From: Gammaproteobacteria bacterium
Lineage (GTDB): Bacteria > Pseudomonadota > Gammaproteobacteria > JBCCGL01
Direction: 5' to 3'
DNA length: 64,000 nucleotides
NCBI GenBank assembly: GCA_965277715.1
Contig: OZ255836.1
Span: 1,504,001-1,568,000, forward strand
The translations under genes and the position numbers were made by a program. Positions 1-10,922 of this stretch are shown here, piece by piece (the first letter of the stretch is position 1; each line of letters begins with the position of its first letter). The notes beneath the pieces were generated by a model, which saw only the letters and a program-made list of their open reading frames with translations, was not told where the DNA came from and did not search any database.

Positions 1-667
1 CTTTTTGAAATCGAACATAACCGGGTGGTTTTACCGGCTTTACATGATGATGGATATTTACAGTCGTAAAATTGTTGCCTGGGAAGTACATGACAGTGAA
101 TCGGCTGATCTGGCAGCGGCGCTGATCCAGCGTGCCTGTTTAGCGGAGGGGTGCAGCCAAAGTCAATTGGTATTACACGCGGATAATGGTGGCCCGATGA
201 AAGGTGCTACCATGTTAGCAAAACTGCAATGGTTGGGTGTGATACCTTCGTTTAGCAGGCCATCGGTAAGCGATGATAATCCTTATTCAGAAAGTCTGTT
301 TAGAACCTTAAAATACACGCCTGCCTATCCGTCAAAGCCATTTGATAGTTTAGCCTCTGCGCGAAACTGGGTGCATGGATTTGTGCAATGGTACAACGAC
401 TCTCATTGCCATAGCGGCATTGGGTTTGTGACACCAACCTCACGTCATAAAGGCGAAGATCACGCGATACTGGCAGCCAGAAAAGCAGTTTATGAACAAG
501 CAAAGGCCAAACACCCTGAACGCTGGAACCAGGATATTAAACACCTCGAACCGGTATCGGGGGTGTGGTTAAACCCGGAAAAGGAAGGCTTGGCCATGAG
601 ACAAAAGCACAATGGAATTGAAAAGCAAGTAGCATAGTAAAATGGACAACTACCTTGACAAACACCG
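1..667 (+). mobile_element. IS3-family element, 3' part (OrfB integrase core, ORF 5..637) with right end
   Basis: DDE core motifs MDIYSRKIV, LHADNG and DNPYSESLFRTLKY; probable right end GGACAACTACCTTGACAAACACCG at 644-667; runs off the window start. Confidence 0.85.
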
Positions 668-794
668 GGGGGACTCAATCAATATTAAAACTAAAGGCTA
701 CACAGCAGGAGACCAGAAACTATTCGAGAAGTGGTTAAAGCAATTCTTACAACAGGATCAGCAGATAAAATCCAACCTCAATCAGCCAACAACA

Positions 795-1202
795 TCACCC
801 TCGAACTAACCAACCTTTAGAAGCCAATACTTTTTTAAAATCCTTCACAATAGCAATCCAAACAGGCTTTTTGTCTCCATAATCTACAATAAAGTTAATA
901 CTATTTTCTTCAAAGCCATTGGAAAAATATAAATACCCATTTTTCTCAGTTAACAAATGAATATTTACCTTAAAAGTAGATTTCTCATCTGATCTTTCAT
1001 ACCACTCAGAGGCATTTTGAGAGCGATACCAACCGAACCATTGAAGATTCAACCTATTCGATCCAGAAAAATCGTATAGAAAATCTACGAATTCAGCATA
1101 GCTAGAGTCCCCCAAATCTAACTTCATTGATTCAGGCTTGGAATTTGCGTCTGAACAGCCATATAGAAATAGCATCGCTAAAATAACGCTTAAGATTCTC
1201 AT
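795..1202 (-). CDS. Lipoprotein, putative toxin immunity protein
   Basis: Signal peptide with lipobox LYG-C; AT-rich; lies directly downstream of a toxin-like C-terminal fragment. Confidence 0.55.
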   Translation of the reverse strand: MRILSVILAMLFLYGCSDANSKPESMKLDLGDSSYAEFVDFLYDFSGSNRLNLQWFGWYRSQNASEWYERSDEKSTFKVNIHLLTEKNGYLYFSNGFEENSINFIVDYGDKKPVWIAIVKDFKKVLASKGWLVRG

Positions 1203-1238
1203 TCACTAATTTACCTTTAGAACAAACAAGCCTTAAAA

Positions 1239-1491
1239 CTAGTGCAGTATGCTCTGGTTATATGCCCCTGGATGATTCTGGCGAAAAATATCGTTCCGAA
1301 TATTCGTATCTAGAATCGCTGGGAAGTACAACGAAGACGCCATATTACCAGCCCACGCAAACGGGCCCGTATTAACGCCAACACCAACCGTGAAAACAGA
1401 AATTGAATCCTGATTAATAACCAAAGATCTCGTCACAGTCCCATGTTCAAACGAGTGGCCTGGCAGCGTCTCATTTACCAATGTGTAATTC
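1239..1491 (-). pseudogene. C-terminal fragment of a probable RHS/polymorphic toxin, truncated by IS66
   Basis: NETLPGHSFEHGTVTRSL...VFTVGVGVN resembles RHS C-terminal tips; the frame runs into the IS66 end at 1492. Confidence 0.45.
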
Positions 1492-1902
1492 GTAAGCGCC
1501 CTTAAATCAGCCTCTATTCCAAGGTAATGTCCAAAACGACATGCCAAGGCAGCAAGGCCTCTCTCTTTTCAAGAGTATCGGCACTGCCGATATGATTAAG
1601 GACGTGCAGTATGTACGCATAGGGTTCAAGCCCATTAGCTTTGGCCGTTTCGATCAATGAGTAACATGTGGCACTGGCATGGGCGCCACGGGTTGAATCG
1701 GCAAACAGCCAGGCTTTTCTACCCACAGCAAAAGGCCTAATGGCATTTTCAGCCAGCACGTTGCTGATGTGTAACCGTCCATCATCACAGTAGCCTGTGA
1801 GGGTATGCCATTGATTCAGTGCATAGTCCATGGCGTTACGAGTAAGGGACTTTTTAGCCACCTGGGTAGTATGCTTATCCAGCCATTGTTTGAAGTCTTC
1901 TA
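1492..1902 (-). mobile_element. IS66-family remnant (TnpC C-terminus and right inverted repeat)
   Basis: ISNVLAENAIRPFAVGRKAWLF and SLIETAKANGLEPY motifs; terminal GTAAGCGCCC at 1492-1501. Confidence 0.9.
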
Positions 1903-1903
1903 A

Positions 1904-2056
1904 TCATGGGTGTACCACTAGAATCCTACCAGGAAGCTAATAACGCAATGAATAACACCTGAAAAGAGCCGCCATAAGCTACAAATAGTATTTTTTATAA
2001 AATTTGTACTGTTTTTTTTATAAACCGATAACACGCTTTATAATTCATAAAATAAA
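1904..2056 (+). repeat. About 150-bp direct repeat, copy 1 (IS4-element leader region)
   Basis: Near-identical to 11983-12133 (GGTGTACCACTAGAATCCTACCAGGAAGC...TTCATAAAATAAA). Confidence 0.9.
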
Positions 2057-2129
2057 TAAAATTATCCAAAAAAACACTTGCATTCACCAGCAGAATTTTT
2101 TTTAAAATACCCATTTAATATCTGATTAA

Positions 2130-3444
2130 ATGGGCAAATTGAATATGAACGAAATGATGACCGTTGAAGAATATATCACCGAACACTGTAAAATAAGTAT
2201 GGAAAAAGCAATTGCTGCTGAACGCTTCCCTTTATGGAAAAGATCATGCGATTCCATTGATGACGTAGCTTTTTCTCGACATGGGTTACTTCACTGTATA
2301 AGTCTTGTACATAGTGGTCGTCACTATCTACAGGTTACGGATGAAATATACGACGAGACAATTTGTCATTCAAGCTATTTTAACGCATTGAAGTCGACAA
2401 GACGGATGAAGATGATGGAAGCCATGGAAAAGCAAAGCTATCAACTGCAAAGTGAGAAATTATCTTCTTTGGACATTGATTATTTAAAACAATTTCCTGA
2501 ACTTGAAGAATATCGAGTAGAAGCAGCTGATGGTCATTTTATACAGCATGCTTGTCACACAGAGAAAAATCGTCAGGGCAACGTCTTCGCAGCAGGCTTT
2601 ATTCATGCCTTGAACCTCAGAAATGGACTTCTAAGACCACTTTGTGTCGTGACTAACGGTACTGAACGACACCAGGAAATACCCGCGTTACGTTCTTATA
2701 TTGAACAACGTTGTGGCGAAAAAGAGACTTGGCAAAAGCATCTCTATATATACGATAAGGCGGTGACTGATTATGCATGGTGGGAAAAACAAAAACAGCA
2801 TCAGAATTTTATGATTTCAGTACTCAAAGAAAATGCAGTTGCAACTTTTGTCAACTCTATATCCTATGACCAGGGTAGTGAAATTAATACAGGGGTTGAA
2901 GGCTATAGTGTATATAAAAATAAAAAGGTTAAATTTCATATTGTTAAATACCGCGACCCAGAAACAGGTCAATTACATCAATTTATTTCAACGCTACCAG
3001 AGTCAATTAACCCAGGCACTATTGCTATGCTCTATTACAAGCCTTGGACGATAGAAAAATCATTCAACAACAGTAAAAGCGATTTCACCAAAAGAAAAAC
3101 CTGGTCTTCAAACCTGAATGCGCTGAACAGTCAAATGCGTTTTACTGCTATGGCCTATAATATCATGCGTATTTTTTGAAGAAACATCAAAAACAAAAAA
3201 CCTGGAATGTATTCATCTATCTGATAAAAAATACACTAAAATGCCTGATAAGAGACAAAAAATTGCCCAGAAAAAAGGCGGCTTTGTTAATCCATTGTTT
3301 TTTTACGCTAGAATTACCCGTATATGCTCATTCACCATCCGCTCTCTGCAAAATGCAATAATAACAAGAAAGTCCCTTAGAACTATTATGCATAGCTTAG
3401 TGAGGCATTTAAAATCTCGACAGCCAGGAATTTTGCAACACTGA
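2130..3444 (+). pseudogene. IS4-like DDE transposase, frameshifted
   Basis: EAADGH and YIYDKA DDE motifs; YYKPWTIEKSF is a YREK motif with R changed to P; removing one T from the T6 run at 3172-3177 joins ORF 2130..3179 to the frame ending at 3444. Confidence 0.8.
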
Positions 3445-3624
3445 TGACACTTATAGGAAAATAAGACAAGTATGTCAACTTCAACAAAGGACAAAAAACT
3501 GCTTGCGAAAAAATGTGACCTCATAAGACGCCTCCATCATTCTATTTATACCGAGCGAGCTTACTGCGATTAGATCGTCCGCTTTATACACTTTAACCAA
3601 ATGCAGGCACGGGAGGCATTTCAA

Positions 3625-5358
3625 CTAAAACACCGGCAACGGATTATCCTGCTGCGGTGTTTTAGTCGAAAGACGCTTTTGCCTGTGCACCAGCGCATCA
3701 GCAAAACCATCCAGCCCTTTAATCGCATCAACTTGTTTTCCCGAATAAATGGCCGCATCAACTGCCAATAAAATGCTGGTTAAACGCTTATCACTCAGTT
3801 TCACCGAGACTTCAACCAAGCTTAACGGTGGGCGCGTTGGCCAGGTGGCGGCAGCCCATTTCAACACCACGTGCTTAATCGCAGGTAAATCACCCGCTGC
3901 GCAAACAGCTTTCAGTTGTTTTAGCGGCACGTGAGGCAAAGGCGCAGATTCAATCAGGTTATCGTTTACCACGGATCTGTTGCGCAATTTGTAAAGCAGT
4001 AATCCAGTTGTTAACGCCCAACCAAGTAACAATAATGTGACAACAACAGGCCATATCCACTGTGGCCAGACGCCAATACTGTTATTGCCCTGGGCGGCAT
4101 CGATAACGCTGCGCTCATCCGTTGTTAGATCGCTCTTCGCCACACGCTCAAGCGGCGCCGATGGTGATTCACTGTCCACGGGGGGTTGAATAGCACTCAC
4201 GGCAGGCAATACTTCGATGGTTTTCTCTGGCAGTACGGCAATTTTTTCCTGATCGCTGCTGACATCCCACCACGCTATGCGCACCTCCGGCAGTACATAG
4301 TGACCGGCCTGTGAGGGAATAATCGCCCAGCGTTCGGTGTGCTGACCAATCAAACCCTCTGCAGTAACGTTTTCAGCCAGTTCCGGCTGGTCAGAATAGA
4401 CTTTCAAGCCATTGATATCGGGCATTGACAGGGTGGGTATCTGCCCCCGCAAGACGCCTTGTGCCTCTATGTTGATCGTGCGGGTTACCGGGCTGCCGAC
4501 GCGCAGGTTGTCAACGGAATCAGACCAGCTCTCGGTCAATTGCAGTGATTTGGCCGGTAGCCACCAACTGCCGGAAAAAGCACTGGCAGCGGGTTTTACA
4601 TCGAGCGTTATCGGTTCGCTGCGCAGCCGGATAGCGCGCCCACGGGCACTAAAACCACCAAATGTCCCCTGGCTACCCGCACCTGTAGCCACTGTGGCAC
4701 TGAGCACAATCGGTGGCACAGCCACTTCACCACTGCGCTGCGGAAACAGCACGTAACGGCGTTCGATGACTTTGTAACGCACCCCATTGCGCTGTACGTT
4801 GTAATTGGTGTCTTCCCCCAAGCGCTGGTGAATATAATCGTCTGATTTGGGATCGGAGAGTGAGCCATCATAAAAATCCCGCGCGCGAAAAATACGCACG
4901 GTGTAGATGACTTGCGACTGCACATACGGGCGCATATTGTCAACTTCAGCTTCAAGAAACACCGCCTGTTTGGCGGCACCATTGGCGGTGGTGTTGGCGG
5001 GGTTAACTTTGATACCAATCGGTTTGCTGCGCGCTGTGCCTGCGCTAATGGCGGGAATAATCAAGGTGCCACTGCGTAGCGGGCTGAGAGTGTAGCGCCA
5101 GGTAACGTAGGAATCCATGGCGCCATTGACAATGCTCACCTGGCTGTTGCGGGCGGTGGATAACACGTCAAAATCGGCTTGCAGAATGCTGATATCCGGT
5201 TCGCTGTCACCGTCCCGCTGGATTAATTCGAGCACCAGGGTTTCACCCATATTAACAACGCTGCGGTCAATCTGAGCCTCCAGTGAGGCCGCCTGTAGTG
5301 AACCCGTTACCACTGCGAGTAATAACAGCAGTGCTATTCTATTGAGGTTGTTTACCAC
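3625..5358 (-). CDS. batD: BatD-family protein
   Basis: Signal peptide, BatD repeats (VSIVNG, ERRYVLFPQRSG, LPEVRIAWWD), C-terminal TM helix; last gene of the MoxR/vWA operon. Confidence 0.85.
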   Translation of the reverse strand: MVNNLNRIALLLLLAVVTGSLQAASLEAQIDRSVVNMGETLVLELIQRDGDSEPDISILQADFDVLSTARNSQVSIVNGAMDSYVTWRYTLSPLRSGTLIIPAISAGTARSKPIGIKVNPANTTANGAAKQAVFLEAEVDNMRPYVQSQVIYTVRIFRARDFYDGSLSDPKSDDYIHQRLGEDTNYNVQRNGVRYKVIERRYVLFPQRSGEVAVPPIVLSATVATGAGSQGTFGGFSARGRAIRLRSEPITLDVKPAASAFSGSWWLPAKSLQLTESWSDSVDNLRVGSPVTRTINIEAQGVLRGQIPTLSMPDINGLKVYSDQPELAENVTAEGLIGQHTERWAIIPSQAGHYVLPEVRIAWWDVSSDQEKIAVLPEKTIEVLPAVSAIQPPVDSESPSAPLERVAKSDLTTDERSVIDAAQGNNSIGVWPQWIWPVVVTLLLLGWALTTGLLLYKLRNRSVVNDNLIESAPLPHVPLKQLKAVCAAGDLPAIKHVVLKWAAATWPTRPPLSLVEVSVKLSDKRLTSILLAVDAAIYSGKQVDAIKGLDGFADALVHRQKRLSTKTPQQDNPLPVF

Positions 5359-6248
5359 GGCTTATCTCCTTCACGAATATCGGCATACCGCGACTGGTGC
5401 GTGACGTGCAGTTTGTTGCGCAGCAACCCTGCCGGGTCATCGGGGATGCGTTGTAGCTGTTGTTCGATGGCCTGGGTGGCTTCATCGTAGGGTTGCTCCT
5501 GCATTGCAACAGCGGCTTGTTGTTCACCTGTTTCTGCCGATTTCTCCTGTGATGCTTTCTGTGCCTGTTGTTGCGCAGTGGTTTGTTCCTCCTCCTGCTG
5601 TTCCTGTAAGGCTGACTTCAATGACTCTTCGGCGGTTTGTTGTTCGCTTTGTTCGCTGTCGGCGCTATTTTGCTCTGGTGATTCTGGGGGCTCGCCTTCA
5701 CTACCCTGTGAGGTTGAATCCGCCTGTTGCTGCCCCGATTCATCGGCATTCTCTGTGGGTTTCTCTTCACCGCTTTGCTGTTCACCCTCCCCTTGCTGCT
5801 GATTTTCTTCACCGTCACCCTGCCCGCCCTGCCGCTGGTCATTCTGTTGTGCCTGCTGTTCAAGCTGGCGGACAACCCAATCGCGATTGGCGATACCGTC
5901 TTCGTGATTGGCCTGGCGTTCCAGCAAGTGATCGAATGCCGCCAGCGATTGCTGTAGCTCACCCGCGTGTGCCAGCGCAGTCGCCCGGTTATACAGCGCA
6001 TCAACACTGTCTGCACGGGAAAAGGCATCTGCCGCGTCCTGGTACTGACCGTCATTAAACTTTGCCGTGCCGCGCCATTCGGGGTCACTGAAGGTTTCAC
6101 CCGCCTGCTGTGCCTGGCCATTATTGAGCAGCGCAATACCCTGCTGGTCGGCGCGCTGCCACCAATCGCGCCAGGCGGCGCTGGCCTGGGCAGCAAACAG
6201 CACACTTAGACAGCAAAATACAATTATCGGTAACCGTACCAGGCGCAT
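5352..6248 (-). CDS. TPR protein with Q/E-rich linker (BatC-like)
   Basis: ATG overlaps the upstream stop (TGATG, 6246-6250); signal peptide; TPR ALYNRATALAH; C-terminal IPDDPAGLLRNK. Confidence 0.8.
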   Translation of the reverse strand: MRLVRLPIIVFCCLSVLFAAQASAAWRDWWQRADQQGIALLNNGQAQQAGETFSDPEWRGTAKFNDGQYQDAADAFSRADSVDALYNRATALAHAGELQQSLAAFDHLLERQANHEDGIANRDWVVRQLEQQAQQNDQRQGGQGDGEENQQQGEGEQQSGEEKPTENADESGQQQADSTSQGSEGEPPESPEQNSADSEQSEQQTAEESLKSALQEQQEEEQTTAQQQAQKASQEKSAETGEQQAAVAMQEQPYDEATQAIEQQLQRIPDDPAGLLRNKLHVTHQSRYADIREGDKPW

Positions 6249-7237
6249 CAGATCAGTCCACGTCGAAATAACAGGGCCATATAAATAAGTAATGGCAACA
6301 ACAACCACGGGCCGCGTTCAATCCAACTGTCGGCTTGCTGTTGCTGCGCTGTCTGCCGCACGCCCGTATTCAATGGGTTGTCGGCACTCAGTAGCTGTGC
6401 AATATCAGTGTCGTCGACGCGCAGGCGGGAAAATTGACCACCACCGTGCGCGGCGAGCTGGCGCAGTGGCGCCAGAGTGACACCGGGAATAACAATATTG
6501 CCCGATGCATCCTTGAGGTAGCTGCCCTGATCCGGTATCGGCGCGCCCTGTTCGGTGCCGATAGCCAGTACCGACACGCTGTGCCCGGCACTGCGCAAAC
6601 GCGCCGCGACAGTAAAATCGGCTTCTGTTGGTGTCGAATCAGTCAGCAAAATCACCTGGCCCTGCTCAACCCCCGCGCCACGCATTAATACAGCCGCCTC
6701 TTCGAGGGCCGCGCCGAGGTCGCTGCCCTGTACCGGCACGATCGCTGTGGTCAGCGACGGCACCATCGCCGCGATGGTATTGGTGTCATCGGTGAGTGGG
6801 CTAATAACATAAGGCGCCGCACCAAAGGCGATCAGGCCCACCTGGACACCTTGGCTGCGCGCCAGTAGGTCACGCAATTTAAACCTGGCCCGTGCAATGC
6901 GCGAGGGGGTTATATCCGCTGCATCCATTGAGCGCGATACATCCAGCACCATCACCCGCGCCTGCTGATCGCGAAATACCGGCACCGGGCGCTGCTCCCA
7001 CGCTGGCCCCGCCAGGGCGACGACGGTCAGTACAGCGGCAATAAATGCCAGGAGTAATGGCCATCGGCGCGGGCGCTGGGTGTACTCCCCCAATTGAAAC
7101 CTGAGCAGTTGTGGGTCGACAACACTTTGCCAGCTACTGTGCAGCGCCGTGCGCCGGTATTCGATAAACAGGCAGGTGCACACTGGTATCAACAGCAGTA
7201 ACAGCCACGGGCGTAGAAAGTGAAAGGCCTCTATCAT
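6248..7237 (-). CDS. vWA domain protein (BatB-like)
   Basis: FHFLRPWLLL, ALAGPAW, MIDAS motif DVSRSM, PLTDD, LLTD. Confidence 0.88.
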   Translation of the reverse strand: MIEAFHFLRPWLLLLLIPVCTCLFIEYRRTALHSSWQSVVDPQLLRFQLGEYTQRPRRWPLLLAFIAAVLTVVALAGPAWEQRPVPVFRDQQARVMVLDVSRSMDAADITPSRIARARFKLRDLLARSQGVQVGLIAFGAAPYVISPLTDDTNTIAAMVPSLTTAIVPVQGSDLGAALEEAAVLMRGAGVEQGQVILLTDSTPTEADFTVAARLRSAGHSVSVLAIGTEQGAPIPDQGSYLKDASGNIVIPGVTLAPLRQLAAHGGGQFSRLRVDDTDIAQLLSADNPLNTGVRQTAQQQQADSWIERGPWLLLPLLIYMALLFRRGLI

Positions 7238-8211
7238 CGTGCGCGCCTCTGCCAGTACAACATACTGCACAATAAACACAGCAGCAGTAACGGCCACAGG
7301 TAGAGTTCCGCGAGTGGCCGGTAGTGATCCTGGCCCGCATCGGTGGGTTCGAGTTGATCGATCAGGGCATAAATACGGTTTAGTTCATTAATGTCGTGGG
7401 CGCGGAAGTAGCGCCCCCCCGTTAGCTGGGCAATTTCCTTGAGTGATTTTTCATCCAGTGGTCGGCTGCGCCGGTTCAGGAAGCCGAATAAACCACCCGT
7501 CTGCGGTTCGGCGCCAACCCCGATGGTATGGATGCGAATATTTTCCTGCTGCGCCAGATGGGCCGCTTCCGATGGCGATACCAGGCCTGATGTGTTCGAG
7601 CCATCGGTCAATAAAATCAATAGGCGACTGTCTTGTGGCCGCTCGCGCAGACGTTTTACCGAGAGACCTATCGCATCCCCCACCGAGGTATTTTGCCCGG
7701 CCAGACCAATCACCGCTTCATCGAGAAAATGGCGCACGGTCTTTAAATCAAATGACAGCGGCGTTTGTACATAGGCGTGGGTGCCAAATAAAATCAAACC
7801 CACGCGGTCACCCTGGCGCCGCTCGATAAATTCACCCGCGACCGCTTTAACCGCCTGCAGGCGCGTCAAACGATGCCCCTGATAGTTGAAATCGTCCTCT
7901 TCCATGCTGCCGGATATGTCCACGGCCAACATCACATCACGGCCACTCACCGGTAACGCCACCGGATCCCCCAGCCAAACCGGGCGCGATACACTCAGCA
8001 CTAACATCAGCCACATCCCGGTCAGTAATAACAGCCTGGCGCCCGGCGGGGCAATGCCGCGTTGTTGTGATGCCCCCGGTGCCGTCACCGCGAAGAAAAA
8101 CGGCACATACAGGGATGGCTCACCACGCGGTTGTACCGGTGTGAAAAAGCGGCGCACCAGTATCGGCAATGGCAACAGGAAAAATGCCCACCACCAAATG
8201 AACTCAATCAT
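7234..8211 (-). CDS. vWA domain protein (BatA-like)
   Basis: MIDAS motif DISGSM, GDRVGLILFG, LLTDGSNT. Confidence 0.9.
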   Translation of the reverse strand: MIEFIWWWAFFLLPLPILVRRFFTPVQPRGEPSLYVPFFFAVTAPGASQQRGIAPPGARLLLLTGMWLMLVLSVSRPVWLGDPVALPVSGRDVMLAVDISGSMEEDDFNYQGHRLTRLQAVKAVAGEFIERRQGDRVGLILFGTHAYVQTPLSFDLKTVRHFLDEAVIGLAGQNTSVGDAIGLSVKRLRERPQDSRLLILLTDGSNTSGLVSPSEAAHLAQQENIRIHTIGVGAEPQTGGLFGFLNRRSRPLDEKSLKEIAQLTGGRYFRAHDINELNRIYALIDQLEPTDAGQDHYRPLAELYLWPLLLLCLLCSMLYWQRRAR

Positions 8212-8732
8212 CCGGCTCTCCAGCGGTGGCGGCAAATCATACGTTTGAGCAATACCAACAAGGCCGCAATATCCGCCGGTGTCGCCCCAGCGCCGGATTG
8301 TCCGCCCGGTGCCTGGTAGGGCGCTTCAAGCAATAAACGGCCAGGGCCATCTGAAAAGGCCTGTGCCTGGCCCTGTGCCCCCCCAAGTGTATCCAGTTGT
8401 TGTAACCAGGCCTCCCCGGTGGTACCAGCACTCTCTGCACGCGGCAGTAATGCCAGCGCGATGCGACGCAATAACACCGAGCAGCACTGGATTTTTTCAG
8501 CCCGCTGCACAGCGGTCGATACCGGCATTACCACTATCGATTGGTATTCGCGCAGCGCAACCTGTTTCCAGCGATTGGCGCGCTTATATCGACGCCATTG
8601 CCGCTGTGCAAAAAACAGCACCAACAGGAACACCACCAGCGCTATCCACCAGCCGGGGGCCGGTGGCCACCACCCCGGCTCCAGTGGCAGATGCAGGCCG
8701 CGCAGCTCATCGGTTGGCAGTGTCGGGTTCAC
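8208..8732 (-). CDS. DUF4381-family protein
   Basis: LRGLHLPLEPGWWPPAPGWW signature; position in the MoxR operon. Confidence 0.85.
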   Translation of the reverse strand: MNPTLPTDELRGLHLPLEPGWWPPAPGWWIALVVFLLVLFFAQRQWRRYKRANRWKQVALREYQSIVVMPVSTAVQRAEKIQCCSVLLRRIALALLPRAESAGTTGEAWLQQLDTLGGAQGQAQAFSDGPGRLLLEAPYQAPGGQSGAGATPADIAALLVLLKRMICRHRWRAG

Positions 8733-9814
8733 GCAGTAGCCGCCTGTGCTGTGTTTTCAGTGGGGGTTATTGCGCTGCGTTGCAATAACCTCTGGGCTGC
8801 CTGGGCAGGTGGTACAGTGGCGGTGTATTGTGCAAAATAACTGCTGTGCCCACTCAGTAGCTGAGCCAATTGGGTGTTGCGGCCGGTAAACGCCCCTTGG
8901 TGTGCCTCGCGCACGGCGTGTTGTGCCGCGTCAAAATGTGCTCTGCTGGTGCCATCGGTCACCGGATAGAGGCCTTTTTCCGGCAGGTGGCTCTCCAGCT
9001 CATCCACCACCCGCACGGCGGTGCATTCGGTGTGAATACACAGGCCTTTGAGAACGGACTCATCCTGTGCCGACAGCCCCGCAAAATCACTGAGCAGCAA
9101 TACCAAGCTACCGGGATGCGCTACCTTGCGCAGGCGCAATAGTGCAGCCCCCAGTGCGCTTTGCCCGGAAGTGGAATCAAGGGGTTGTTGTGTTTGTGCC
9201 ACTGGGTCTTGGCTCAGATGGTATTGCAAAAGGCATTCGCGATGCATATCCACCAGCGTTTTCAGCAGCCGCAGGCAACCGCGTGAGCCACCCAGGGGTT
9301 TGATTTCACAGTGCCGGTGGTCGGCAAACACCAGCCCACCGATGCGCTCACCCGCTGCGGCAAAAATCCACGCCAACTGTGCCGCCAACCGTGCGGCGGC
9401 GACCGATTTAAGCGCCACGCGTGTACCGAACAACATCGGCTGGCAAAAGTCGACGACGATAAAGACAGGCCGCTCTTTCTCCTCTTCAAATAATTTGGTA
9501 TGCACCTGGTTGGTGCGGGCGGTAACGTTCCAATCGATCATGCGCACATCATCGCCTGGCTGATAGGCGCGCACCTCGGCAAAATCCAGGCCGCGCCCCA
9601 GCGCACGGCTGCGCTGATTGGCCGAGCGCGGTGTCAGCACCCGTTTGCGCTGTCGACCCGCCGATTTACCGACATTCAGGCGCAGGCGCAACAGCTCATC
9701 AAGTCCCAGCTCAATACCATTGCCCGCCTCTGTCTGTATACCCCCGGCCTGCCCCCTCCCGGTTTGTACCCCTAATCCAGCATTGCGCGGTTGTGCGCCA
9801 AACAGCCAGCGCAT
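8729..9814 (-). CDS. DUF58-family protein
   Basis: GLDFAEVRAYQPGDDVRMIDWNVTAR signature. Confidence 0.92.
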   Translation of the reverse strand: MRWLFGAQPRNAGLGVQTGRGQAGGIQTEAGNGIELGLDELLRLRLNVGKSAGRQRKRVLTPRSANQRSRALGRGLDFAEVRAYQPGDDVRMIDWNVTARTNQVHTKLFEEEKERPVFIVVDFCQPMLFGTRVALKSVAAARLAAQLAWIFAAAGERIGGLVFADHRHCEIKPLGGSRGCLRLLKTLVDMHRECLLQYHLSQDPVAQTQQPLDSTSGQSALGAALLRLRKVAHPGSLVLLLSDFAGLSAQDESVLKGLCIHTECTAVRVVDELESHLPEKGLYPVTDGTSRAHFDAAQHAVREAHQGAFTGRNTQLAQLLSGHSSYFAQYTATVPPAQAAQRLLQRSAITPTENTAQAATA

Positions 9815-9816
9815 AC

Positions 9817-10779
9817 TCAGGGCACCGGCACCAATTGCAGTAGCTTATCGATCACCTGATCGGCGCTGACACCATCGGCCTCGGCCTGGTAAGACAATAT
9901 CAGCCGGTGCCTCAGGGTGTCGTGTGCCACCGCCTGTACATCAGCGGGGGATACATACGTGCGCTCGGCCAGCCAGGCGTGTGCACGGGCGCAACTGTCC
10001 AGTGCAATTGTTGCGCGTGGGCTGCCACCAAACTCAATCCAGCGCCCCAGCTCGGCATCCAGCGCCGCCGGGTTGCGGGTGCTGGTCACCAGTCGCACCA
10101 GATAATCCTCCACGGGGTCTGCCATATACTGGGCCAGTACCTGTTCCCGCGCCGTCAATAGCGTGGCAAAGCGAATCGGCTCAGGCGTTGAAACCACCTC
10201 GCTGGCAATCGATTCATTGCGCACCAGGCGCAAAATCTCCCGCTCTGTGGAGGGGTGTGGATAGTCCACTTTCACATGCATGAGAAAACGGTCCAACTGC
10301 GCTTCCGGCAGAGGGTAAGTGCCCTCCTGCTCGATAGGGTTTTGGGTTGCCATCACCATAAAAACTTCAGCCAGCGGGTACGTTTTCTGGCCGACGGTAA
10401 TCTGGTGTTCGCCCATCGCTTCGAGCAGTGCCGACTGTACTTTGGCCGGTGCGCGGTTAACTTCATCCGCTAGAATCAGGTTGTGAAACAGCGGCCCCGG
10501 CTGGAACGTAAACGACCCTTCCTGGGGGCGGTAGATCTCAGTACCTGTGAGGTCTGCGGGGAGTAGATCCGGGGTAAACTGAATGCGTTGAAATTCACCT
10601 TCGAGCAAGGTTGATAGCGCGTTGATGGCGCGTGTTTTGGCCAGCCCCGGCGGCCCTTCGACCAGCAAATGCCCGCCGGTCAGCAATGCCATCAACAAAC
10701 GGTCAACCAGTAATTGCTGGCCAATAATCAGTGCATTGAGCGCCTGGCGCAATGACAACACCTGTTTCAATTCAGTCAT
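9817..10779 (-). CDS. moxR: MoxR-family AAA+ ATPase
   Basis: Walker A GPPGLAKT, RIQFTPDLLPAD, LADEVNRA, ATQNPIEQEGTYPLPEAQLDRF. Confidence 0.95.
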   Translation of the reverse strand: MTELKQVLSLRQALNALIIGQQLLVDRLLMALLTGGHLLVEGPPGLAKTRAINALSTLLEGEFQRIQFTPDLLPADLTGTEIYRPQEGSFTFQPGPLFHNLILADEVNRAPAKVQSALLEAMGEHQITVGQKTYPLAEVFMVMATQNPIEQEGTYPLPEAQLDRFLMHVKVDYPHPSTEREILRLVRNESIASEVVSTPEPIRFATLLTAREQVLAQYMADPVEDYLVRLVTSTRNPAALDAELGRWIEFGGSPRATIALDSCARAHAWLAERTYVSPADVQAVAHDTLRHRLILSYQAEADGVSADQVIDKLLQLVPVP

Positions 10780-10922
10780 ACTGTCCTGTCTTTATGAAGT
10801 AAGCACACCATTCAATAGTCTGTAGGTTGAGCCTATCAAGGCCATCAACATGGGCAATCCGTGAAGAAATGATAGACTTATCCAACATTTTTTCCGCGCA
10901 AAATTCTATCTGGATAACATCA

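Noticed and set aside
5500-5870. Q/E-rich low-complexity region with several overlapping ORFs
   Set aside because: Normal linker of BatC-like TPR proteins; the alternate-frame ORFs are shadows
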